Assembly (NCBI GenBank): GCA_041549915.1
Contig: JBFEPU010000003.1
Span: 1 to 37,819, forward strand
Reading direction: 5' to 3'
Source of the DNA: Anaerolineae bacterium
GTDB taxonomy: Bacteria; Chloroflexota; Anaerolineae; UBA2200
DNA: 37,819 nucleotides
Under the pieces are notes generated by a model. The model saw only the letters and a program-made list of their open reading frames with translations. It had not been told where the DNA came from and did not search any database. Position 1 is the first letter of the stretch. The number at the start of each line of letters is the position of its first letter. A program made the position numbers and the translations under genes. Positions 16,883-25,601 of the stretch are shown one piece after another.

Positions 16883-17926
16883 TTGTCACAGAGCTTGACC
16901 GGCGTGATTCTGGCCGCAGGCAAGGGCAGCCGAATCCAGCCGCTGAACCTCTACATGCCCAAACCTCTCTTGCCCGTCTGCAACAAGCCCATCATCCAAT
17001 ATCAGTTGGAGGATATGCGCGAGATCGGCGTCCAAGAAGTGATCATCGTGGTCGGTCACTTGAAGGAAGAGATCATTTCCTACTTTGGCGATGGTTCGCC
17101 ATTGGGACTGCGCATTCGCTATGTGGAACAACACGAGGCGCTGGGCATTGCACACGCAGTGGCACAACTGGAGAATGAGCTGCAGACGCCGTTTATCCTC
17201 CTCCTCGGCGACATTTTCCTTGTACCAAAGGACTTGAAGGCCATGGAGCGCATGTTCTGGCAGCGACGGGCAGGCGCTGTGCTGGCTGTGAAGCGGGAGA
17301 CGAACCCTGAGTACATCCGTCGCAACTTTGCTGTGATCTTGCACGCCAGTGGGACTGTTACGCGGGTGATCGAGAAGCCACGCTACTTGGGGACTGACCT
17401 CAAGGGGTGCGGCGTGTACATCTTCGATCTGGCCATCTTCGATGCCATTCGGCGCACGCCACGTACAGCACAGCGCGACGAGTACGAGATCACCAACTCC
17501 ATCCAGATCCTAATCGACGATGGTTATCCCGTCTACCCTGCAGAAGTCATTGACTGGGACATGAACATAACCTTTGCATCTGATTTGCTGGAGTGCAATC
17601 GCAACCAGCTCAAACGACTCGGCAAACCTTACTTGGTAGGCAAGGACACCAGCGTTCATCCTGGGGCTGTCATCGAAGGCTCTGTCCTTGGTGCAAGGGT
17701 GACCGTAGAGAAACCGATCACGCTCAAAGACTCGCTCATCTTCTCAGATGTGCGCGTCACGTCAGAACAGGACATCGAGTATTCGTTGCTGACTCCGGAT
17801 GTTGTGATTGACTGTGCGGCCTCGCCTAACACATGGCGAGACATGGCCTCGCCTAACACATGGCGAGACACCGCCCCGCCTGACCGTCAGCAAGACACTG
17901 CCGCCCCAAAGGGGGTGACAACATGA
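16883..17926 (+). CDS. Sugar-1-phosphate nucleotidyltransferase (long-form glucose-1-P thymidylyltransferase-like)
   Basis: GVILAAGKGSRIQP...PKPLLPVCNKP, LGIAHAV, LLGD, IEKP, EYEIT, beta-helix-like C-terminus. TTG start with GGGAGG RBS. Confidence 0.9.
   Translation: MSQSLTGVILAAGKGSRIQPLNLYMPKPLLPVCNKPIIQYQLEDMREIGVQEVIIVVGHLKEEIISYFGDGSPLGLRIRYVEQHEALGIAHAVAQLENELQTPFILLLGDIFLVPKDLKAMERMFWQRRAGAVLAVKRETNPEYIRRNFAVILHASGTVTRVIEKPRYLGTDLKGCGVYIFDLAIFDAIRRTPRTAQRDEYEITNSIQILIDDGYPVYPAEVIDWDMNITFASDLLECNRNQLKRLGKPYLVGKDTSVHPGAVIEGSVLGARVTVEKPITLKDSLIFSDVRVTSEQDIEYSLLTPDVVIDCAASPNTWRDMASPNTWRDTAPPDRQQDTAAPKGVTT
17818..17907. repeat. 27-bp-period tandem repeat with internal palindrome, in-frame in the nucleotidyltransferase tail
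   Basis: GGCCTCGCCTAACACATGGCGAGACA is identical at 17818-17843 and 17845-17870, followed by a degenerate third unit. It encodes ASPNTWRDM-ASPNTWRDT-APPDRQQDT. CTCGCC and GGCGAG are reverse complements. Confidence 0.9.
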
Positions 17927-18852
17927 GGTATGGGCACGCCTTGGTGACCGGCGGAGCAGGCTTCATTGGCTCGCACTTGGTAGAGCGCCTCCTACGCGAG
18001 GACATGCAGGTCACGGTGCTGGATAACCTATCGGTCGGTACGCGGGAGAACGTGCCAGCGGAGGCCACCTTCATGCTGGGCGATGTACGCGATGCTGATA
18101 TTGTTGCAGCGGCTGTGTCTGGCGCAGATGTGGTCTTCCACCTGGCAGCCCGGGTCAGTGTCCGCGCCTCGGTAGCGGGATTCTGGAAGGACGCTGAAAC
18201 CAATCTGATCGGTACGCTTAACATCCTGCGCGCCTGTGCCTCCCGCAACGCCAAGAAGCTTGTCTACGCGTCTTCGATGGCCGTGTATGCCGATGTAGCA
18301 GACCCTGTCCCGTTGCCCGAGAGCCACGACACGGCCCCCATATCGCCCTACGGTATCGCCAAGCTGGCCAGCGAAAGGTATGCCATGGTGGTGGCCGGGC
18401 ATTCGGGGTTTGACGCTGTGGCTCTGCGGTACTTTAACACCTACGGGCCGCGCCAGACCTTCACGCCCTACGTGGGAGTGATCACCATCTTCATCCGGCG
18501 CCTGCTGCAAGGCAAACCGCCGATCATCTTCGGTGACGGCGAGCAGTGCCGTGACTTTGTCTATGTCGGTGACATTGTTGAAGCCACAATTCACGCGATG
18601 TCGAACGATGTAGCAGGGGAGATCATCAACATTGGTTCGGGCGAAGGCACATCCGTCAACCAGATTGCCGCCCTACTTTGCGGCCGACTCCGCCCAGATC
18701 TCTCGCCGCAGTACGCTCCAGCCCACCCGGGTGAGCTACGCAACTCGATCGCCAATATTGCCAAAGCACGGCGGCTGCTGGGCTACGAGCCACAGGCGCG
18801 GCTCGAGGACAAGATTGATGAGGTGATTACCTGGAACCGGGGGACGAGCTAG
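17923..18852 (+). CDS. NAD-dependent epimerase/dehydratase (extended SDR, UDP-Glc/GlcNAc 4-epimerase-like)
   Basis: VTGGAGFIGSH, HLAA, ASSMAVY, SPYGIAK (YxxxK), LRYFNTYGPRQ, GDGEQCRDFVYV. Confidence 0.93.
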   Translation: MRYGHALVTGGAGFIGSHLVERLLREDMQVTVLDNLSVGTRENVPAEATFMLGDVRDADIVAAAVSGADVVFHLAARVSVRASVAGFWKDAETNLIGTLNILRACASRNAKKLVYASSMAVYADVADPVPLPESHDTAPISPYGIAKLASERYAMVVAGHSGFDAVALRYFNTYGPRQTFTPYVGVITIFIRRLLQGKPPIIFGDGEQCRDFVYVGDIVEATIHAMSNDVAGEIINIGSGEGTSVNQIAALLCGRLRPDLSPQYAPAHPGELRNSIANIAKARRLLGYEPQARLEDKIDEVITWNRGTS

Positions 18853-18853
18853 C

Positions 18854-19684
18854 ATGTGTGCTGCCACTGCGCGGACGCTAGTGATCATACCCGCTCACAA
18901 CGAGGCCAGGAACCTGGGGCGAGTTCTGGCCGAAATCGCTGACCTCAACCTGCATCTTGACGTGCTGGTGGTGGACGACAATTCATGGGACGAGACTGCA
19001 TCCGTGGCCGGCCAGGCGGGGGCTCGCGTGCAGCGGCTTCCCTGCAATCTGGGATATGGCGGCGCGGTGCAAGCGGGCTTTAAGTATGCTGTCCACTACG
19101 GCTACGATTTCGGTGTGCTTATGGATGCCGATGGCCAACATGCTGCCACCAGCATCGTCGATCTGTTGCGCGTGGTGCAGGAGGGCAAAGCGGACGTAGC
19201 CCTTGGCTCCCGTTTTCTGGGCCGCATGGAGTATCGAACCAGTCTCATGAAGCGTGTAGGTATGGCCTTTTTTGGCCAAGTGGTGTCTCGCATCACAGGC
19301 TGGCGGATCTCGGATCCCACCTCTGGCTTCCAAGCCATGAACTCTGAAGTCATGACGTTCTTTGCGGCAGATAACTACCCCGTCGATTTCCCCGACGCTG
19401 ACACCATCCTACTGCTGCATTTCGCCGGTTTTTGCTTGGAAGAGGTCCCGGTGATCATGCGGGAACGGTTGAGTGGCGAATCCATGCACTCCAGTTGGAA
19501 GCCGTTCTACTATATCGCCAAGATGCTACTAGCCATCCTGGTCGTCCTTCTGCGCCAGAAGACACATCGGAACGCTCTGCGTCCCAGCAAGACGATGCCT
19601 GGCTCTCGCTCAGTGGAGGGCGAGACTGCACAGCTTTCTGCGGAGTCAGGGACGGGTCTCGAGGAGACCGCCCCCCGTGCTTAA
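18854..19684 (+). CDS. GT2 glycosyltransferase, DPM1-like (GacI/PpgS-like HexNAc-P-polyprenol synthase candidate)
   Basis: IIPAHNE, VVDDNSWD, NLGYGGAVQAGF, MDADGQH, LGSRF, DPTSGF; a DUF2304 gene lies two genes downstream. Confidence 0.92.
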   Translation: MCAATARTLVIIPAHNEARNLGRVLAEIADLNLHLDVLVVDDNSWDETASVAGQAGARVQRLPCNLGYGGAVQAGFKYAVHYGYDFGVLMDADGQHAATSIVDLLRVVQEGKADVALGSRFLGRMEYRTSLMKRVGMAFFGQVVSRITGWRISDPTSGFQAMNSEVMTFFAADNYPVDFPDADTILLLHFAGFCLEEVPVIMRERLSGESMHSSWKPFYYIAKMLLAILVVLLRQKTHRNALRPSKTMPGSRSVEGETAQLSAESGTGLEETAPRA

Positions 19685-20582
19685 CGCGTTGACGATAGAC
19701 CTCGAGGACTGGTACCATCCCGAGTTGGTGCGCCACCGCCTACCTGTGTCCCATCTAGGAGACAGCAAGACACAGCCTCGCCCCTGCGCTAGCGGAAGCT
19801 CCGGCGATTGGGAGCCGCACATTGAGCAGACCACGCAAGAACTGCTGGATCTGTTACAGGCACAGCACATCCAAGCGACTTTTTTCGTCGTTGGTCAGAT
19901 CGCTCAGTGCCATCCGCAGTTGATTGAGAGGATCGTGGCGCAAGGGCATGAACTGGCCTGCCATGGGATGAGTCACAGGCCGTTGTGGGAGATGACGCCG
20001 GAGGAATTCAGGTGCGAGTTGCAGGAGTTTGCTGAGACAGTAGCTGCGGTGGCACCGAGCGTTCAGGTGCTCGGCTTCCGGGCTCCGACATTTTCACTGG
20101 ATAATCGCACGGGCTGGGCTCTGAGCGTCTTGGCTGACATGGGCTACCGCTATGACTCTAGCATTTTCCCGCTCAGAACCCCCCTCTACGGGGTCGCCCA
20201 TTGCCCGTTGATGCCGTACCGCCCATCCCCAGAGGACGTGTGCCGAGACAAGGGTGAGACTATTATAGAGTTCCCGATGTCTGTATGGACGTGGGCCGGT
20301 GTGCGGGTCCCTGTCTGTGGAGGCTTCTATCTGCGGGCCTTGCCCTTTGGCTTTGTCAAGTTCTGCTTGCGGCAGATCAATCTGCACCGACCCTTTGTCA
20401 TCTACGTTCATCCGTGGGAGACCAGCCTCGAGATCCCACGAATACCGCTGTCCCTACCATCGCGCATTGCGACGTACTACAACGTTGCGCACATGAAACA
20501 TCGACTCGTCGATCTGCTCCGTATGTTCTCGTTCGCGCCGATGAGGACAGTCCTTGAAGAGATGGGAGAGCTGAGCAGGTGA
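19677..20582 (+). CDS. CE4 polysaccharide deacetylase family protein (DUF3473-type)
   Basis: LTIDLEDWYH, ATFFVVG, GHELACHGMSH, GFRAPTFS, YDSSIFP, GGFYLR, YVHPWE. Confidence 0.92.
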   Translation: MLNALTIDLEDWYHPELVRHRLPVSHLGDSKTQPRPCASGSSGDWEPHIEQTTQELLDLLQAQHIQATFFVVGQIAQCHPQLIERIVAQGHELACHGMSHRPLWEMTPEEFRCELQEFAETVAAVAPSVQVLGFRAPTFSLDNRTGWALSVLADMGYRYDSSIFPLRTPLYGVAHCPLMPYRPSPEDVCRDKGETIIEFPMSVWTWAGVRVPVCGGFYLRALPFGFVKFCLRQINLHRPFVIYVHPWETSLEIPRIPLSLPSRIATYYNVAHMKHRLVDLLRMFSFAPMRTVLEEMGELSR

Positions 20583-20604
20583 TTTCGGGGCCAAAGGAGG
20601 AACC

Positions 20605-21033
20605 GTGCTTGTAGGCCAAGACACCATGGAAGTCCGAGCCCGTCTATTCGCCATAGCATTAGGCTTTGTGGTCTTGCTCTTTGTGGTCAACCAGGTGCGC
20701 ACGAAGAAGCTCAAGGAGGAGTTCGCCTTGCTGTGGCTGCTCACGGGTGTGGTACTGGTGCTCACGCCATTACTGATAGACTACCTGGACATGGTTGCTT
20801 ACGGGTTGGGGATTGAGTATCCCCCTGCGCTGATCTTCGTGCTCGCCATTATCTCACTGCTGCTGGTCTTTTTCCAGTTCTCGATGCGCATCTCACGCTT
20901 CAGCGAGCAGATCAAGGTCTTGACCCAGGAACTCGCATTGCTCAGTGTGAGGATTCAGGATCTCGAACGCCTCAATGGCGGCCAGGATCCAGCTGAGAAG
21001 CTGGAGGATAGGGAGGAGGCCCATGCAAGCTAG
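20605..21033 (+). CDS. DUF2304 small membrane protein (GacJ/Rv3632-like partner of GT2 lipid-sugar synthases)
   Basis: AAGGAGG RBS then GTG; three hydrophobic helices; VRTKKLKEEFALLW, LGIEYPP, IKVLTQELAL. Confidence 0.88.
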   Translation: MLVGQDTMEVRARLFAIALGFVVLLFVVNQVRTKKLKEEFALLWLLTGVVLVLTPLLIDYLDMVAYGLGIEYPPALIFVLAIISLLLVFFQFSMRISRFSEQIKVLTQELALLSVRIQDLERLNGGQDPAEKLEDREEAHAS

Positions 21034-22681
21034 GACGGAGACGCAGGGCCGACCGTGGCTGTCCGAAGTCTTGGCCCTGGTCGGTGTAGGAATCTGGACA
21101 GCTTTGGTGCGCTTGTATGCTCTGATGCAGCCGCAGCGCATTGTGTGGGGTGACGAACCGTTCTATCTTTGGTTGGGGCGCAACTGGCTCAGCGGACGAG
21201 GCTATAGCTTCACCGGCTATTCTGACGTGCATCACACGCCCACGTACCCACTGCTTTCTGGTTTGTTCTACTTGTTCACGCGCGACCTGGAGCTGGCTAG
21301 TGATATCCTCTACGTACTGTTCGGCATTCTGCTGGTAATCCCTATCTATCTCTTGGCAAAGGAGATGTATCGACGCGAGGTCGGCCTGATCAGTGTGATC
21401 GCGCTGGCCATCTATCCAGCTGTTGCCACGGCACCGCTTTTCTGGGGAACGTTGACCGAACCACCATACTACTTCTTCGTCTACACAGGTCTGCTGATGA
21501 CGCTGCTAGCGATGCGCCGCGAACAAGCGTGGTTCTATGCACTTGCGGGCGTCTTCTTCGGTCTAGCCTACCTCACGCGTCCCGAGGCCATCGCCTATGT
21601 CGCAGTCGCGGGTGGCGTCGTGGCGTTGGTCAAGCTCGGCGAAAAGCGGCTGTTTGCTCGTGCTACACTGGTGGGCTTGAGCCTGTACGCCCTGGGCTTT
21701 TTGCTCTTCTTCCTGCCCTATGCCTACTACGTCTACAGGGTGACAGGCTCATGGATGGTCAGCGAAAAGGCGGGGGTTACTTTCGTGACCTGCCTTGGCC
21801 TGTCGGAGGGCAACACGCAGGCCTTTGACAGCGCCACCTGGGGACTGGATTCCACCGGTCGCGAGGTTTTCTTCTTCTCGCGCGAAAGTTACAATGTAAG
21901 CATGATTGATGTCATTCGCGCATATCCGGAGGAGTTTATGCAGCTGTTGGTCAGGAATGCGCGCCGCTTCATCGGCTCGCTGTTGTCCACCAGACTGTTC
22001 TCCTTCTACCTATTGCCGCTGGCGGGCCTGGCCTTTTTCAAAGCGGCCTGGGACAAAGCCAGGCTGAAAGGCGAATTACTGCTCTTGGCGTCCCTGACCC
22101 CGGTAGCAGTGTTCCTACTCTTCTTCGTACAGGATCGCTACATCGCCACGCTGCTCCCGACCCTAGTTATCTGGCTGGGGCTGGGTACGTACGAACTGGG
22201 AGTCTGGTTGCGGCAGACGATGGAAAACCTACTGGGAGACAGGCTAGCGAGGCTTGCCAGACTTGGTCAATCTTTGGTGGCCATCCCGACTGTGTTGCTG
22301 ATACTCTTCTTCGTGGTGCTGCAACCACGAATCATTCACCAGTACACGGAGATTGGTTCGTTTCGGCCTGAACACAAGACCGTTGGCCTCTGGCTCAAGG
22401 ACAATATCGCATCGGATTCGGTGGTCATGTCGCGTTATCCTGCGATCGCTTTCTACGCGGACATGCAGTGGGAACCTACACCCAATGCCGATTACGAACA
22501 GCTCGTAGTCTATGCGCGAGCCCAAGGGGCGAACTACTTTGTGCTGGACGAGTATGAAACTCGCGATTTGCGTCCTCAACTTGCCTATCTACTTGCTGAG
22601 GATCAGCTTCCTGCCGAGCTGGAGCTGATTCACGTAGATGAAAGCGTGCGGGGAAAACTAGCGGTCTTTCGACTGGAATAG
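21023..22681 (+). CDS. GT-C fold membrane glycosyltransferase (ArnT/PMT-like)
   Basis: ATG at 21023 with GGAGGAGG RBS; IVWGDEPFY, HTPTYP, WGTLTEP, LAYLTRPEA, DRYIA; soluble C-terminal domain. Confidence 0.9.
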   Translation: MQARTETQGRPWLSEVLALVGVGIWTALVRLYALMQPQRIVWGDEPFYLWLGRNWLSGRGYSFTGYSDVHHTPTYPLLSGLFYLFTRDLELASDILYVLFGILLVIPIYLLAKEMYRREVGLISVIALAIYPAVATAPLFWGTLTEPPYYFFVYTGLLMTLLAMRREQAWFYALAGVFFGLAYLTRPEAIAYVAVAGGVVALVKLGEKRLFARATLVGLSLYALGFLLFFLPYAYYVYRVTGSWMVSEKAGVTFVTCLGLSEGNTQAFDSATWGLDSTGREVFFFSRESYNVSMIDVIRAYPEEFMQLLVRNARRFIGSLLSTRLFSFYLLPLAGLAFFKAAWDKARLKGELLLLASLTPVAVFLLFFVQDRYIATLLPTLVIWLGLGTYELGVWLRQTMENLLGDRLARLARLGQSLVAIPTVLLILFFVVLQPRIIHQYTEIGSFRPEHKTVGLWLKDNIASDSVVMSRYPAIAFYADMQWEPTPNADYEQLVVYARAQGANYFVLDEYETRDLRPQLAYLLAEDQLPAELELIHVDESVRGKLAVFRLE

Positions 22682-22687
22682 AGGCTC

Positions 22688-23959
22688 ATGGAACTCAGCA
22701 TCGTCATACCCGCCTGGAATGAGGCGGACAACCTCGTCAAGCTCTTGCCCCAGTTACACGCAGTGCTGTCGCACCTCAACACTGACTACGAGATCATCGT
22801 TGTTGACAACCACTCTGCTGATGCCACAGCGAAGGTTTGTGCCGCTGAGGGTGCCACCCTTTTGCAGCAGACTGAGCCCGGGTACGGAGGGGCATTGTGG
22901 GCAGGGTTCGATCACGCGACCGGGCAGTACGTCCTGACCATGGATGCCGACCTCTCGCACGTGCCGGATTTTGTGCCCACGATGTGGGCGCGGCGCTCTG
23001 ATGCCGAGTTGGTGATTGCCTCTCGCTATGTGGAGGGTGGCGGCGCGGACATGCCCTTTTACAGGGAAATACTGAGCATCATCCTGAACGTCACCTATAC
23101 CAAGCTCCTGTCGCTGCCAGTAAAGGACATCTCCAGTGGTTTTCGCCTGTACCATGCCTCGGCACTCAGAGACCTTGACCTGCAAAGCAACGACTTTGAT
23201 GCTCTGGAAGAGATACTGATCAAGTGCTATGCGAGGGGCTATAGGATCATCGAGGTCCCATTTCGCTACACACCCCGGAGTACGGGCAAATCGAAAGTCA
23301 AGCTGTTGCAGTTTGGCATCTCCTACCTGAGAACCCTGATCCGCATGTGGAAGCTGCGCAACTCCATCCAATCGGCCGACTATGACGCCCGCGCCTTTGA
23401 CAGTGTCATCCCATTGCAGCGTTACTGGCAGAGACGAAGATACCGGATCATCACCGGTCTGATCGATGCCTCCAAGTCATGTCTGGATGCCGGGTGTGGG
23501 TCGAGTCAGATACTGGGTGCCCTGAACGGTCACACGGTTGGGCTGGACGTCAGCGTGGGCAAGCTTCTGTATGCCAGATGCTACGGTCGACCGCTGGTCA
23601 ACGGCTCCATCACGGCCCTGCCCTTTCAGGACCGCGCTTTCGACCAGCTCATTTGCTCACAGGTCATAGAGCACGTCGAGGGTGGCGACCAGCCATTCTC
23701 GGAGATGGCTCGCGTGCTCAAGGCCGGTGGTCAGCTCGTCCTGGGCACACCCGACTATGGCCGAATGACCTGGGTCATCATTGAACGCCTGTACAAGTTC
23801 TTCGCACCCGGTGCCTACGGCGACAAGCACATCACACACTATACTCGTGATAGCCTGCTGGCCAGGCTGGAGCGCTTTGGATTTCGCCCGCAGAAGGTAG
23901 CCTACATCCTTGGGGCGGAGATGATTGCCTCGTTTGTCAAGGTAGACAATGCAGACTAG
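22688..23959 (+). CDS. Fusion of a DPM1-like GT2 glycosyltransferase and a C-terminal class I SAM-dependent methyltransferase
   Basis: N-terminal SIVIPAWNE, VVDNHSAD, MDADLSH, IASRY, DISSGFRLY; C-terminal CLDAGCGS, VGLDVS, LPFQDRAFD, SQVIEHV, RVLKAGG, in one uninterrupted frame. Confidence 0.92.
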   Translation: MELSIVIPAWNEADNLVKLLPQLHAVLSHLNTDYEIIVVDNHSADATAKVCAAEGATLLQQTEPGYGGALWAGFDHATGQYVLTMDADLSHVPDFVPTMWARRSDAELVIASRYVEGGGADMPFYREILSIILNVTYTKLLSLPVKDISSGFRLYHASALRDLDLQSNDFDALEEILIKCYARGYRIIEVPFRYTPRSTGKSKVKLLQFGISYLRTLIRMWKLRNSIQSADYDARAFDSVIPLQRYWQRRRYRIITGLIDASKSCLDAGCGSSQILGALNGHTVGLDVSVGKLLYARCYGRPLVNGSITALPFQDRAFDQLICSQVIEHVEGGDQPFSEMARVLKAGGQLVLGTPDYGRMTWVIIERLYKFFAPGAYGDKHITHYTRDSLLARLERFGFRPQKVAYILGAEMIASFVKVDNAD

Positions 23960-25595
23960 GCGAATTGGTCTGGCGGCAGTGCGGAGCAACCGCTGGGCTG
24001 TGCTTTCACTGGTCTTGATCCTGCTGCTAGCTCTCGGCTGCCGGCTTTACCGGCTCGTTCCGCTGGAAACAGGCCTGCTCTATGCTCAGGATGCCGATGA
24101 AGGAGTGTATGCCACAACGGCACAACTGGCATTGCAGGGCTATCTGCCGTATCGTGACTTTTTCACACCGCTCCCACCAGTTGCCATTTACCTGTTCGCC
24201 ATTGTACTGCGCGTCTTCTACCATCCTTGGGGCAATGCCACAGGGCTGATGGCTTTGCGCTACGCCTCCGTGGCCGCGGGTCTGATCACCGTGTTGCTCA
24301 CCTACCTTACAGGGAAGATGATCGGAGGCAGGTGGAGCGGGCTGCTGGCGGCGGCCATCTTGGCCTTCGATGGTATTGTCATGGCTCAGGATCGGCGTGC
24401 GATGCTCGAGGCGCCGGTCAACATGCTCTCGCTCCTGGCGATCCTCTGCTATCTCCAGGCTATGCGCCGTGACGAGGCGCACCACGAGGCACTCGAAGGA
24501 GGGCTGCACCTGTGGGCGCTTGGCAGTGGTTTCTTCTGCGCTCTGGCACTTTTAACCAAGGGAACAGCGATCGTACCCCCGCTGGTGATCGCAGCAGCCA
24601 TCCTCTTGCGTCGTCGTTGGCGACCGGGACTGTCGTTTGTCATCGCGCTTGCTGGGACCTATGTACTGGGTGCTCTGGCGTTCTTGCGTGCTTGTCCCGA
24701 CCAATACATCAAACAGATGTACCTATTCCACCTGCTGCGTCCCTGGGACGGGACGACACACCCGTTGGCGCGACTGTTGGAGATCTGGAATTACCCCTGG
24801 TCTTGGACTACAGTACGGTTTGCGCTCGGAGGTGCGCTCCTGACCGTCCTGCTGGGCAGGAAACTGCGCCACCGCACTCTCTTCTGGCTGGTCCTCGCTT
24901 GGGCCGCCGTGATGTTGCTCTTGCTGTTGGGCAGCCGAACCTATTGGGCCACTTACTTCTCCCAACTTGCGGTGCCTCTCAGTGTCCTGGGTGGTTTGCT
25001 GTGGAGTGATGAACTTGATCACACTGCACGCAGCCTTGTGGACCGACTGCGACTGGCTCCGCGGCGCTATCAACTGCTGCAGCTGGGAGCAGTCGCCGCA
25101 CTGCTCGTCGCGGGCCGCTCGCACCTGGTACTTCAGTACACCTCAACCAGAGCCGCTCTGGAGCAGACCAAGCCCGCCTACGTCGAAATCAGCTCTCATA
25201 TCAAGCAGCACGTTCCGCCTGGCGTACCGATCCTGGCCTTTGAAACGAACTACACATTCCTGTCCTCACACCCGCCAGCTGGCGCACAACAGGGTTCGTT
25301 TTTCATCGACAGCTATGGCGAGATGCTTTATCGCAACCTTGGCATCCCAGAACGATCCATCGGCAGCCTGCTCGCCACTTGGCCTCGCCAAGAGCGACTG
25401 GGTTCACGAGAGGTGTTCCAGCGGCAGCCCGCTCAGAGTCACGTGCTCACCGTGTTTTCCCGGGCCCGGTACACCGTCCTCGATGGCCGGGCTCTGAAGC
25501 AACTGACTGGGGATACAAGCGCCTATGTCCGCAACCACAGTAACGTGCTGGCGTCAGCGTATGATGCTGAGCTGCGTGCACGCACGCCAGAGTGA
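23949..25595 (+). CDS. GT-C fold membrane glycosyltransferase (ArnT/PMT-like)
   Basis: QDADEGVY, PYRDFF..LPP, DRRAMLEAP, LLTKG; paralog of 31352-32962. Confidence 0.9.
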   Translation: MQTRRIGLAAVRSNRWAVLSLVLILLLALGCRLYRLVPLETGLLYAQDADEGVYATTAQLALQGYLPYRDFFTPLPPVAIYLFAIVLRVFYHPWGNATGLMALRYASVAAGLITVLLTYLTGKMIGGRWSGLLAAAILAFDGIVMAQDRRAMLEAPVNMLSLLAILCYLQAMRRDEAHHEALEGGLHLWALGSGFFCALALLTKGTAIVPPLVIAAAILLRRRWRPGLSFVIALAGTYVLGALAFLRACPDQYIKQMYLFHLLRPWDGTTHPLARLLEIWNYPWSWTTVRFALGGALLTVLLGRKLRHRTLFWLVLAWAAVMLLLLLGSRTYWATYFSQLAVPLSVLGGLLWSDELDHTARSLVDRLRLAPRRYQLLQLGAVAALLVAGRSHLVLQYTSTRAALEQTKPAYVEISSHIKQHVPPGVPILAFETNYTFLSSHPPAGAQQGSFFIDSYGEMLYRNLGIPERSIGSLLATWPRQERLGSREVFQRQPAQSHVLTVFSRARYTVLDGRALKQLTGDTSAYVRNHSNVLASAYDAELRARTPE

Positions 25596-25601
25596 TCCAC
25601 G

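Noticed and set aside
17818-17907. CRISPR array
   Set aside because: The palindromic units are directly adjacent with no unique spacers, lie in-frame in a CDS, and no cas genes are present.
10640-20582. Canonical arn (lipid A Ara4N) operon
   Set aside because: ArnT-, ArnC- and ArnE/F-like genes are present, but there is no ArnA (formyltransferase/decarboxylase) or ArnB (aminotransferase). No arn gene symbols were assigned.
19677-20582. PEP-CTERM/exosortase system, suggested by the deacetylase family
   Set aside because: No exosortase or PEP-CTERM protein is in the window. The Pro/Thr-rich ORF ends without a TM plus basic sorting tail.
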